Origin: Mobula hypostoma
Taxonomy: Eukaryota
Reading direction: 5' to 3'
Length of the DNA stretch: 64,000 nt
Assembly (NCBI RefSeq): GCF_963921235.1
Contig: NC_086097.1
Coordinates: 249,738,001-249,802,000, forward strand
The position numbers were made by a program, and so were the translations under genes. Within the stretch, counting starts at the first letter, position 1. Each line of letters opens with the position of its first letter. Positions 12,656 to 23,830 of this stretch are shown here, in pieces. Under the pieces are notes generated by a model. It saw only the letters and a program-made list of their open reading frames with translations. It was not told where the DNA came from and did no database searches.

Positions 12656-13313
12656 CAGCACAATGCCTTACAGGACCGCTAACCCGGGGTCAATTCCCGC
12701 CACTGCCTGTAAGGAGTTTGTACATTCTCCCTGTGACCACATGGGTTTCCTCTGGGTGCTCTCGTTCCAAAGATGTGCTGGTTGTTGTCAAAGTAAATTG
12801 TCCCGTCATTAGGCGAGGGTTAAGCTGGGGGCTGCTGGGTGGTGCAACTCGAAGCGGGGGAAGGGTCTGTTCCACAGTGAATCTCAATAAAGGAATGAGC
12901 AGTTCCTGGCTGTGGGCCTGCTCGGTGCTACTCAAGCAGCCATGGCGGGTTGATACACTGCTCTGTATAGGCAGAACATACCGCTGCCATGAGTACGGGT
13001 GGCAGAGAAAAGCATGTTAGTGTTGGTAGATTGGATGCCAGTCTGTTCAGCTGCCAGGCGTCGTGTTTCCTGAAAATCTTTGAAATTGAAACTCATCAAG
13101 ACAAGGAATATTCAACTTGATTACTGATGGTCCACTTGAAACTATTTCATTTTTTGCTGTTGCAATTATACCAAAATGCGTGATCATACTTGAGCAGAGA
13201 CTTGATATTGTGACACAGTATGAAATGGGGAAGCATCACCTTTGTCTTTTTGTCTCAACTTCTGAGAAAGCCGATCTATTCAATGGCTCTGCATTTCCTT
13301 CTCCCTCAATATA

Positions 13314-13852
13314 TATCCAGTAGCCACTTTATTATGTAGAGGAGTGGAACTCGTTGAGGTCTTCTGCTGCCATAGCCCATCCAATTCAAGTTTTGATGTG
13401 TTGTGCATTCAGAGATGCTCTTCTGCACACCACTGTTGTGATGTGAGGTTATTTGAGTTACTGTCGCCTTCCTGTCAGCTTCAACCAGTCTGGCCGTTCT
13501 CCTCTGACCTCTGTCATTAACACAAGGTGTTTATACTCACAGAACTGCTGCTCACTGAATGTTTTTTTTTCTATTTTTAACACAATGCCTTGTAAACTCT
13601 AGAGGTTGTTATGTGTGAAAATCCCAGGAGATCAGCAGTTTCTGAGATACTCAAACCAGTCCCTCTGGCACCAACAATCGTTCCAAAGTCAAAGTCAATT
13701 GGATCCCATTTCATCTCCATTCTGATGTTTGGTCTGAACAACTGAACTTCTCAACCATGTCAACCAAGAGTTGCTGCCACATGATTGGCTGATTAGACAT
13801 TAGCATCAAAAAGCAGGTGCACAGCTGTACCTAATAAAGTGGCTGCTGAGTG
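13314..13852 (-). mobile_element. Non-autonomous Tc1/mariner-type element
   Basis: TA-flanked, with TIR resembling cactcagtggccactttattaggtac. The body is the reverse complement of the 15342-16616 copy. Confidence 0.7.
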
Positions 13853-14082
13853 TAGTTTTTCATAGTTTAGTCTTTAAGGAACCCACAGTAAGTTTTGCTA
13901 CACTTTTCCTGTTTACCGTTCTGTAGATGATCATGCAGCCTGTGTTCCTCTGAGAGACACCTGATTTGTAATTTGCCTTATCAATGTCTCTATTCTTCTT
14001 TGCCAAATTCTGAAACATTCCCAGTCCTTAAGCTAGCCTTTCTTGGCAACACTGCAAACCATAAACTGACACATTAACCATC

Positions 14083-14482
14083 ACGAATGTTGGACAATAT
14101 CTAGTAATATGAGGAAACGAATTGAAGCAGCAGAGATGTGGTTTTTGAGGGGGATGCAAAGAATATCATGGACAAAACGAATATCTAACGAGAATGTCAT
14201 GAACAGAGCAAACACAAAAAGAGAAATAATGTATGAGATCATGAAAAGGCAACGTAACTTCACTGTACATGTGATTAGGAAAGAAGAGTTAGAATTCGCG
14301 GTAACTATGGGGAAGATTGAAGGGAAGAAAGCAAGAGGAAGACAAAGGCAAATGATGATGGAGACTGCAGCCAGAGAACTGGAAATGAATAGCAATGAAT
14401 TGACCCACTTGACCCGAAACAGGAGTGTGTGGGCCATGGCAGTCAAAGCTCAAACTGGGCACGGCACCTGATGATGATGATG
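14083..14482 (+). mobile_element. RTE-clade LINE 3' fragment
   Basis: RIEAAEMWFLRGMQRISWT...GKIEGKKARGRQR is a typical RTE C-terminus. (TGA)n tail. aaccatc is duplicated on both flanks. Confidence 0.85.
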
Positions 14483-15904
14483 AACCATCTCGATGTGCAG
14501 AAATGTTATGGGGAAACCCACATTATTTTCAGAGAAAGATCCCTAGCTTTAATTGTTTACCATTTTTATGTAGCAACAAAAGCCTACAAAAAATTCCACA
14601 GAAATACATTAGTGCCAGAACGTCTGGCAATTTCTTTTTAGAATTTTAGTATCCATTATTTACTTACAAATCCCTGCAAGCAGTGTTTTTTATGTATCTG
14701 TCAATACAGTGTTCACTAATAAATCTTATCAGCTGGCTGTACGGTTTTCAAAAACTATTTTGTGTTTTTCAGGACTTCTGACACTCTGGTGGAAAAACAC
14801 CATTTGTTTCAGACCAGAAGACCAAAAGACAGAAGCAAATTAGGCCATTCTGCTCCACCTCGGCTGTCAACCCCATTTGCCCGTCTTCTCCCCATATCCT
14901 CTGATGCCCTGTCTAATCAAAAACCTATCAACCACCACTTGAAACATACCCAATAACTTGGGCTCCACAGCCATCTGTGGCAATGAATTCCAGAGATTCA
15001 CCATCCTCTGAATAAATAAAATCCTCCCCATCTCTGTTGTACTGTGCTATAGGAGCATCATCTCCACATCCACTCTATCTCAGCCTTTCAATACTCACGA
15101 AGCGTCAATGAGATCCCCCCCCACTCTTCTAAACTCCAGTGAGTACAGGCCCAGAGCCATCACAGAACAGGAGGGGGAGGGGGGGACCTCTGTTATTCGA
15201 CATTTAAGAATTCCAACCAAAGATCGTTTACCTGAATATCCGTGTTGATCCTGAAAACCGTAAACATATAACTATATAAATGGGGATCGCTGTGTTCGCA
15301 ATTGGTTCAAAATGCTCTTTAAGTGGTACCATTAATTTGTAGACTCAGTGGCCAATTTATTAGGTACACCTGTACACCTCATTAATGCAAATATATAACC
15401 AGCCAATCACGTTGTGGCAACTCAATGAACAAAAGCATGCAGACATGGTCAAGAGGTTCAGTTGTTGTTCAGCCCAAACATCAGAAAGGGGAAGAAATGT
15501 GATCTAAGTGACTTTGACCGAGGAATGATCCTTGGTACCTCAAATCACCTCCCACTGGTGCTCCTCCCCATTTCCTTTCTTCTATGGCCTTCTGTCCTCT
15601 CCTATCAGATTCCTGATTTTGTGGGATTTTGAAACACAACAATCTCCTAGAGTTTACAGAGAATGGTGTGAATGATTTGGATATGAACTCATGAACACCA
15701 TCTCACTTTTAAAAAATATATATTATTCCTGTTTTTGCACGACGTTTAAAATAAATTTATTTATTTATTTACTTATTTATCTGTCTTCTTCTATAATAAT
15801 GTATTGCATAGAACTGCTGCTGCTAAGTTAACAAACTTCACGACACACACCGGTGATAATAAACCTGATTCTGAGAAACATAAAACATCCAGTGAGTTTA
15901 AAAA

Positions 15905-16357
15905 TGTAAACACGAGGAATTCTGCAGATGCTGGAATTTCAAGCAACACACATCAAAGTTGCTGGTGAACGCAGCAGGCCAGGCAGCATCTCTAAGAAGA
16001 GGTACAGTCAACGTTTCGGGCCGAGACCCTTCGTCAGGACTAACTGAAGGAAGAGTGAGTAAGAGATTTGAAAGTGGGAGGAGGAGGGGGAGATCCAAAA
16101 TGATAGGAGAAGACAGGAGGGGGAGGGATGGAGCCAAGAGCTGGACAGGTGATTGGCAAAAGGGACATGAGAGGATCATGGGACAGGAGGCCCAGGGAGA
16201 AAGACAAGTGGGGGAGGGGGGAAAAACCCAGAGGATGGGCAAGGGGTATAGTCAGAGGGACAGAGGGAGAAAAAGGAGAGAGAGAGAGAGAGAAAGAATG
16301 TGTGTATATAAATAAATAACGGATGGGGTACGAGGGGGAGGTGGGACATTAGTGGAA
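15905..16357 (-). mobile_element. Penelope-derived short non-autonomous element
   Basis: Homologous to the 3' region of the Penelope-like element at 5288-7948 (pyrimidine-rich tract, ctgatga...gaaac motif, ...ccagcatctgcaga tail). Confidence 0.75.
16006..16041 (-). ncRNA. Minimal type I hammerhead ribozyme motif
   Basis: Minus strand reads AGUC-CUGACGA-A-GGGU(CUCG)GCCC-GAAA-CG-UU-GACU. Both core boxes are present, with stem I AGUC/GACU, a 4-bp stem II and a loopless palindromic stem III. Activity is untested. Confidence 0.75.
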
Positions 16358-16720
16358 ATCTGTGGCAGTTCTGTGGGCGAAAACCCCTCGTTAATGAGAG
16401 AGGTCAGAGGAGAATGGCCAGACTGGTTTAAGCTGACAGGAAGGTGACAGTAACTCAAATAACCACACGTTATAACAGTGGTGGGCAGAAGAGCATCTCT
16501 GAATACACAACACACCGAAGCTTGAAATGGATGGTTTACAGCAGCAGAAGACCATGAACATAAACTCAGTGGTCACTTTATTAGGTACAGGCGGTACACA
16601 CAGTGGCCACTGAGTGTATGTAGCCACACTTGTGGTCTAAACTATGGTGCAAACTGGGAACGCTCGAACTCTCAGCACTGAGCCATCTGTCTGTTGTGCG
16701 TGCCAGGGAAAAAGCATTAC

Positions 16721-16825
16721 CTTCATTCCAGCTACAGCAGCAGGGCCAGTGGGATCCACGGCCTGAATATGACATGGTTTATTTCCACGTACAACAAATC
16801 CCCAGCCAACTGCATCTCCCACAAT
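16721..16825 (-). CDS. DEPTOR: DEPTOR coding exon, N-terminal half of PDZ
   Basis: IVGDAVGWGFVVRGNKPCHIQAVDPTGPAAVAGMK. tttcag| acceptor, |gtaat donor, 105 nt, phase 0 to 0. Confidence 0.97.
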
Positions 16826-17667
16826 CTGAAAAACAGCCACATTTTAAAAAAATAAACATTAAGTCCTTAACCAAAGGTCATCTTTAGATTCCTGTTGTTT
16901 AAACCAGCTTCTGTGCTCCTCAGGAAGATTTTCCAAATGCACACAGTCACCACATCTTCCGACAGTCACAACAAACATGTTTAAAATAAGGCTTGCGGAT
17001 GCTTCTTAATAGATTCAAAGCAATATTTCGAGATACAGGCCCTTCTGGCCAAATGAGGTCAAGCTGCCCATTTACACCTTTGTGGCCAATTAACCTTAAA
17101 TCTTTGGATTGTGGGTGGAAACTGGAGTCGCCGGCGGAAACCCATGCAGTCACGGGGAGAAGATACAAACTCCACCGACAGCGGTGGAACTGAACTCGCG
17201 TAGGTGTCTGGCACCGTAATTGTTATATACGGGCAGTGAGAGCAACACTGGAGTAGTATGGCTGAACGTTTTTACTGAGTCATGTTAGTGCACGTTGGGT
17301 AACTTAGGAGTAGAATGATTAAACATTGTTGCTGAGTCATGTTAGTACACACCACGTGTGAGAGCTGCAAGCTGGGCCCACCAAGACAAAAACATGCACA
17401 CTCTCAGAAACACTCTGGGCACCAGCTTTGCCAAGACGAAAAAGAGAGACAGTCCTCCCCAATGATCAAACTGACAATCAATCCATTATGGTTCAGTAAT
17501 ACAATTACACTAATCACAATGCTACCCACACAATTTGTTCTACATGCATCAGAATCTTAAGGTTTGTTCAACTGCCAAAGTTGAAAGTCTTGTAGAGTTA
17601 CAGAGAGTACTTATAGTTGGCTAAAATTAAATAGAGTATCGTATATAAATTATGTAACATTACTTAC

Positions 17668-17738
17668 TGTCAGTGTCTTCTTTGTATAGGGTGCTCCAGG
17701 GGCTAAAAGTTCTTCTATAGTTACCGGCCTCTTCAGCA
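17668..17738 (-). CDS. DEPTOR: DEPTOR short coding exon preceding the PDZ domain (absent from the ORF track)
   Basis: Hand translation gives (V)LKRPVTIEELLAPGAPYTKKTLT. tttcag| acceptor, |gtaag donor, 71 nt, phase 1 to 0, fitting both neighbouring exons. Confidence 0.95.
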
Positions 17739-17755
17739 CTGAAACAAACAATACT

Positions 17756-18610
17756 TTATACTTTATTGTCGTTAGACAATTGGTACTAGAATGTACAATC
17801 ATCACAGCGATATTTGATTCTGCGCTTCACACTCCCTGGATTACAAATATTAAATATTAAAGATATTAAAATAGTTAAAATTAGTAAATATTAAAAATTT
17901 TAAATTATTAATCATAAATAGAAAATAGAAAAATGGGAAGTAAGGGAGTGCAAAAAAACCGAGAGGCAGGTCCGGATATTTGGAGGGTACGGCCCAGATC
18001 CGGGTCAGGATCCATTCAGCAGTCTTATCACAGTTGGAAAGAAGCTGTTCCCAAATCTGGCCGTACGAGTCTTCAAGCTCCTGAGCCTTCTCCCAGAGGG
18101 AAGAGGGACGAAAAGTGTGTTGGCTGGGTGAGTTGTGTCCTTGATTATCCTGGCAGCACTGCTCCGACAGCGTGCGGTGTAAAGTGAGTCCAAGGACGGA
18201 AGATTGGTTTGTGTGATGTGCTGCGCCGTGTTCACGATCTTCTGCAGCTTCTTTCGGTCTTGGACAGGACAACTTCCATACCAGGTTGTGATGCACCCTA
18301 GAAGAATGCTTTCTACAGTGCATCTATAAAAATTAGTGAGTGTTTTAGGGGACAGGCCAAATTTCTTTAGTTTCCTCAGGAAGTAAAGGCACTGGTGGGC
18401 CTTCTTGGCAGTGGACTCTGCTTGGTTGGACCAAGTCAGGTCATTTGTGATATTGACCCCGAGGAACTTAAAGCTTTTGACCTGTTCCACTTGTGCACCA
18501 CCGATGTAAATGGGGTCGTGCGGTCGCTACTCCTTCTGAAGTCAACAACCAATTCCTTCACCTTGCTGACGTTGAGGGATAGGTTATTGTCTTCGCACCA
18601 TGCCACCAGG
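17756..18610 (-). mobile_element. Rex1/Babar-like LINE 3' part, well preserved
   Basis: ORF 18005-18490 (FKFLGVNITNDLTWS...LYFLRKLKKF...FYRCTVESIL...HPANTLF..LPSGRR). AATAAAgtataaagt tail. 6-bp TSD aatact (17750-17755 / 18611-18616). Confidence 0.85.
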
Positions 18611-19231
18611 AATACTAAAGCAAGGTCTTCAATTTAACTGCTCACTTCAACTTCTAAGACAGTGAAAATATTAAAGGGACTAGCACCTCCCAGGGCATGA
18701 CCTCTTCTTGCTGTTGCCATCACAAAGAAAGTATCGAAGTCTCAGATTGACACCACCAGGTTCAGGAACAGTTATTACCCCTCAACCATCAGGCTATAGA
18801 AGCAAAGGGGATAACTTCACTCAACTTCATTTGCCCCATCATTGAAATTTTCCTACAACATATGGACTCACTTTCAAGGATTCTTCATCTCATGTTCTCG
18901 ATATTTATCGCTTGCTTGCTTATTTATTTATTTGTTTGTTTGTTTATTAATTAATTATTTCTTTCTTTCTTTCTTCTTGTGTTTCCATAGTTTGTTGCCT
19001 TTTGCACACTGGTCGAATGCCCAAGTTGGTGCGGTCTTTAACTGATTCTATTATGGTTCATCATAATAAATAAATAAACGAGAGAACCCACAAATGGCAG
19101 GTCAGAAAACATCTGTGGAAACAGAAACCGTTTATCACCTATCAAGTAAGTAGAAATTCAAAAACTATTCCTTTCAACATAATTAATAAACCTAACTAAT
19201 TTTGTAGTTATTTTTACTCAGGTGATGTTGT

Positions 19232-19597
19232 TGTCATGAGCCCTGCAGGCCTCTGTGACAAACCGTAGAGTGTGGGCTGTTAGGTTTCTCAAGCACCTGT
19301 ATTTACTAATTGTTGTCTTCACTAGAATCATTCAGCCCTTGTGCTTTTGGTTTAATCTTGCCAAGTTAACTGTGACTGGCACATTTATTTAATGTTTATT
19401 ATTTTTATTATTTAATGCAGGGCCCCGTATAGCACTCACCACGGGGTCCTTGTGTTGACAGTGATTCGTCTCCCAATGTTGCTCAGTCGAGCCGCCGATG
19501 CTCTGTTAGTATTCCTAAGTATAACCTCTTGTTTCCACGTCTAAATGGGAGTCTGTCGTTCCTTGCATCTGGGTCGTTGCTAGCACTCCCTGTGATG
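19232..19597. mobile_element. Candidate solo LTR
   Basis: Begins TGTCA and ends with a degenerate GTGATG. Flanked by the 5-bp direct repeat gttgt. No coding content. Confidence 0.45.
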
Positions 19598-19774
19598 GTT
19601 GTATTTAGAAACAGACACACACACACACACACATACATACACTTTGCACTGTGACCTTCCTAAATTCATACATTGGTTTATGGAGTAGTACAACTCCCAT
19701 GGATGGGACAAGATCCCAAGGCATTAAATAAACAGCAAAAAATTTATCCCTGACACGCTACCGGATATTTATCC

Positions 19775-21320
19775 CTAGAACATAGAACATAGAAATCTAC
19801 AGCACATTACAGGCCCTTCAGCCCACCAGATTGTGCTGACCATGTAACCTACTCTAGAATCTGCCTAGAATCACCCTATTGCAGAGCCCTCTGTTTCTCT
19901 AAGCTCCATGTGCCCATCTAAGAGTCTCCAAGACCCTATTATATCTGCTTCCACCACCGTCGCTGGCAGCCCACTCCATATACCCACCTCTCTGTGTGAA
20001 AAACTTACCCCTGACATCCGCTCTGCACCTACTTTCAAGCACCTTAAGTGCCCCCTCGCGTTACCCATTTCAGCCCTGGGAAAAAGCCTCTGACTATCCA
20101 CATGATCAATGCCTCTCATCATCGTATACACCTCTATCAGGTCACCTCTCATCCTCCACCACTCCAAGGAGAAAAGGCCAAGTACACTCAACTATTCTCA
20201 TAAGGCATGCACCCCAATCCAGGCAACATCCTTGTAAATCTCCTTTGCACTCTCTCTATAGTATCCATATCCTTCCTGTAGTGCGATGACCAGAATTGAA
20301 CATGGTATTCCAACTGGGGTCTGACCAAGGTCTTATATAGCTGTAACATTACTTCACGGCTCTTGAACTCAGTCCCATGGTTGATGAAGACGATCATACC
20401 ATACACGTTCTGAACAACACTGTCAATCTGTGCAGCAGCTTTGAGTGTCCTATGGACTCAGACCCCAAGATCCCTCTGATCCTCCACACTGCCAAGAGTC
20501 TTACCATTAATACTATATTCTGCCATCGTATTTGACCTACCAAAGTGAACCACTTCACACTTATCTGGATTGAAATCTATCTGCCACTTCTCAGCCCAGT
20601 TCTGCATCCTATCAATGTCCTGCTATAACCTCTGACAGCCCTCCAGACTATCTACAACACCCCCAACTTCTGTGTCATCAGCAGACTTACTAACCCACCC
20701 TTCTACTTCATCCAGGCCATTTATAAAAATCACAAGAAGGAGAGGTCCCAAGACAGATCCTTGTGGAACACTACTGGTCACCGATCTCCATGCATAATAC
20801 AAACCATTTACAACCACCCTTTGCCTTCTGTGGGCAAGCCAATTCTGTTGTTACATCCTCAAAAACTTTAATCAGGCTTGTAAGGCACAACCTGCCCTTG
20901 ACAAAGATGTGCTGACTATGACTAATCATATAATGTCTCTCCAAATGCTCATAAGTCCTGCCTCTCAGGATCGTCTCCAAAAACTTGCCCACTACTGAAG
21001 TCAGACTCACTGGTCTATAATTTCCTGGGTTATCCCTGCTCCCTTTCTTGAACAAGGGAACAAATTTGCAACCCTCCGATCCTCCAGTACTTCTTCCATC
21101 CCCATTGATGATGCAAAGCTCATCGCCAGAGGCTCAGCAATCTCCTCCCTCACTTCCCACAGTAGCCTGGGGTATATCTCGTCCGGTCTCAGTGACTTAT
21201 CTAACTTAATGTTTTTCAAAAGCTCCAGTACATCCTCTTTCTTCATGTCTATATGCTCAAGCTTTTCAGTCGGCTGTTAGTCATCCCCACAATTGCCAAG
21301 GTACTTTTCCCTGGTGAATA
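19775..21320 (-). mobile_element. CR1 LINE, 5'-truncated and decayed
   Basis: Minus-strand RT fragments ([33 protein letters not shown]). (TTCTATG)n tail near 19775-19795. Confidence 0.9.
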
Positions 21321-21679
21321 CACTTCATAAAAACAGTTAATCATTCTCACAGTGCTCTTGTGGAAGTCTGCTATGTGAAAATTAAGGGTTGTGCATTCCA
21401 TAATTCAGTATTATTAGCTGAAAAACAGTTGGGACCATCCGAACTGGACATTAAATAGCTGGGGCGGTCTGGCTTGAAGGGCTGGGAGGGCCTACCGTGA
21501 GCTGCATTGTTAAATAAATAAATAAATAACAATTGTTGGGCCTTTGTCCAAATACACAGTGAAGAATCTGTTTTGATCAAACTAATTTGATTTGCCTCTG
21601 ATACAGCTATTGTTGGCAGTGTTTCAGATGGTGAAGATCTGGAGTGAGACAGACTAGCTGGTCGAGTGGTGTTGCTACA

Positions 21680-22345
21680 ACCTTGCACTCAGCGTAAGAC
21701 CATGGAACTGATTGTGGACTTCAGGAAGGGGAAGTCGAGGGAAGACACACCAGTCCTCATTGAGGGATCAGCAGTGGAAAGGGTGAACAGTTTCAAGTTC
21801 CTGTGTGCCAGCATCTCTGAGGATCTACCCAGGCCCAGCGTATTGATGAAATTACAAAGAAGGCATGACGGTAATTATACTTCATCAGAAGTTCGATGAG
21901 ATCTGGTACGTCACCAAAGACTCCAGCAAGTTTGTACAGATGTACAGCAGAGAGCATGCTGCCTGGTGTGGGGAGGCCAGTGCGCAGGATCAGAAAAGGC
22001 TGTAGAGGGTTGTGAACTCAGCCGGCTCCATCATGGTCCCATGTCCCCACCGAGGACAGACATCTCTGAGAGGTGACGCCTCAAGATTCATCATTGAGAA
22101 CACTCACCATCCAGGACATGCCATCTTCTCATCACTACAATCAGGGAGGTACAGGAGCCCAAAGACACACAGTCAATGTTTTAGGACCAGCTTCTTCCCC
22201 CTCTGTTATCAGATTTCTGAATGGACAATGAACCCATGAACACCACTTCACTACTTTGCACTATGGCTTATTGTAACTTACAGTAAATTTATTCCTTCCA
22301 CTGCACTGCTGCTGCACAACAACAAGTTTCACAACATATGTCAGT
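21680..22345 (+). mobile_element. Old Rex1/Babar-like LINE 3' fragment
   Basis: KTMELIVDFRK...VERVNSFKFL and HPGHAIFSSLQSGRYRS remnants. Confidence 0.7.
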
Positions 22346-22442
22346 GACACGTGTAAACCCCAGTCAGATGATTCTTTCCTTTATTCCAGTTTGCAGCGTT
22401 GTGAGGAATCTGAGAAGATGGCATGAAGATCTGCAGCCTTAC

Positions 22443-22580
22443 CTGACTTTGGATTGGAGAGGACCGGAGGGCTGTTGTTGGACGTGGGGCTACTGCTGTA
22501 GTAACCACTGCTGCCCCCGCTACTGCTCAAACTACATCGTCGGACGGCTGAGATAATCTTGATTTCCTTTGTCGGGCTCA
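22443..22580 (-). CDS. DEPTOR: DEPTOR internal coding exon, Ser-rich linker with phosphodegron
   Basis: (V)SPTKEIKIISAVRRCSLSSSGGSSGYYSSSPTSNNSPPVLSNPKS. SSGYYS corresponds to the mammalian SSGYFS beta-TrCP degron. tatag| acceptor, |gtaag donor, 138 nt, phase 1 to 1. Confidence 0.95.
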
Positions 22581-22827
22581 CTATACGATCAGAGCAAAAG
22601 TCAATTCAATCCCATCAGTGAGGCAATGTCAAGATGGATGGTAAGAGTAAATTCATGCTGTAATGATTACCTTTACATGGCTAAATGGTACTGAAAAACT
22701 TCGTCACACCTTTGGAAGCTTCAATATTTAGCTTTCTTTTCGCTGTGATGCTAAACAAAATAATAAACCAAAGGCCATTCAGTCCATCAAGTCTACCCCA
22801 TTATTGCTTCATAGCTGATTTATTTTT

Positions 22828-23350
22828 CAGCGAAACGGTCTCCCAGTCTGCGTTGGGTCTCACCAATATAAAAAGGCCGCACCAGGAGCAGGACACAGTA
22901 TATCACCCCAGCCGACTCACAGGTGAAGTGTCGCCTCACCTGGAAGGGCTGTCTGGAGCCCTGAATGGTGGTGAGGGAGGAAGTGTAAGTGCAGGTGTAA
23001 CACTTGTTCCATTTACAAGGATAAGTGCCAGGAGGGAGATCCATGGGGAGGGATTGGGGGGGGGGGGGAACGAATGGACAAGGGAGTCATGTAGGGAGTG
23101 ATCCCTGCAGAAAGCAGAAAGAGGCGGCGGAGGGAAAGACGTGCTTGGTGGTGGGATCCCATTGGAGGTGGCGGAAGTTACGGAGAATTATATGTTGGAC
23201 ACTGAGGCTGGTGGGGTTGTAGGTGAGCACAAGGGGAACCCTATCCCTAGTGGGGTGGCAGAAGGATGGGGTGAGAGCAGATGTGCGTGAAATGGGAGAG
23301 ATGCGTTTGAGAGCAGAGTTGATGGTGGAGGAAGGGAAGCCCCTTCCTTT
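22828..23350 (-). mobile_element. Penelope-like GIY-YIG fragment
   Basis: YPCKWNKCYTC...FTCESAGVIYC...YIGETQRRLGDRFAE. Confidence 0.85.
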
Positions 23351-23457
23351 GCATTTTTAAATAACACAGAGGGAATGCTAACTATAATCCAGGGTTTACT
23401 CATGGAGAGCAGGTTCCAACAGACCTTCTAATGCCATCAGCCATAATTCTGGCAGCC

Positions 23458-23830
23458 AGATCATCATCATGTGCCATGCTGTATGATGGTCTTTCCATGA
23501 CCATGATTGTCCTTGGCAAAGTTTTCCACAGAATTGGAAAATCTTCTGGGCAGTGTCTTCACAAGACGAGTGACGCCAGCCATTATCAATACTCTTCAGA
23601 GATTGCCTGCCTGGTGTCAGTGGTCGTACAACCAGGACCTGTGATATGCACCGGCTACTCATACGACCATCCACCACCTGCTCCCAAGGCCCCATATGAC
23701 CCTGATGGGGGGGGGGAGGGGAAGCGGGGTGCTAAACAGGTGCTACACTTCGCCCAAGGGTGAGCTGCAGGCTAGCAGAGGGAAGGGATACCTTCCACCT
23801 CCTTTGGTAGAGATGTATCTCTACTCTGCC
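23458..23830 (-). mobile_element. SINE-like element with RTE-type (TGA)n tail
   Basis: Homologous to ~47766-48150. The 3' end ggcacatgatgatgat resembles the RTE tail at 14455-14482. Confidence 0.6.

Larger units (their letters stand above)
15342..16616 (+). mobile_element. Non-autonomous Tc1/mariner-type element with nested insertions
   Basis: TA|gactcagtggccaatttattaggtac ... cagtggccactgagtg|TA. Interrupted by a Penelope-derived element at ~15905-16357 and other fragments. Confidence 0.7.
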
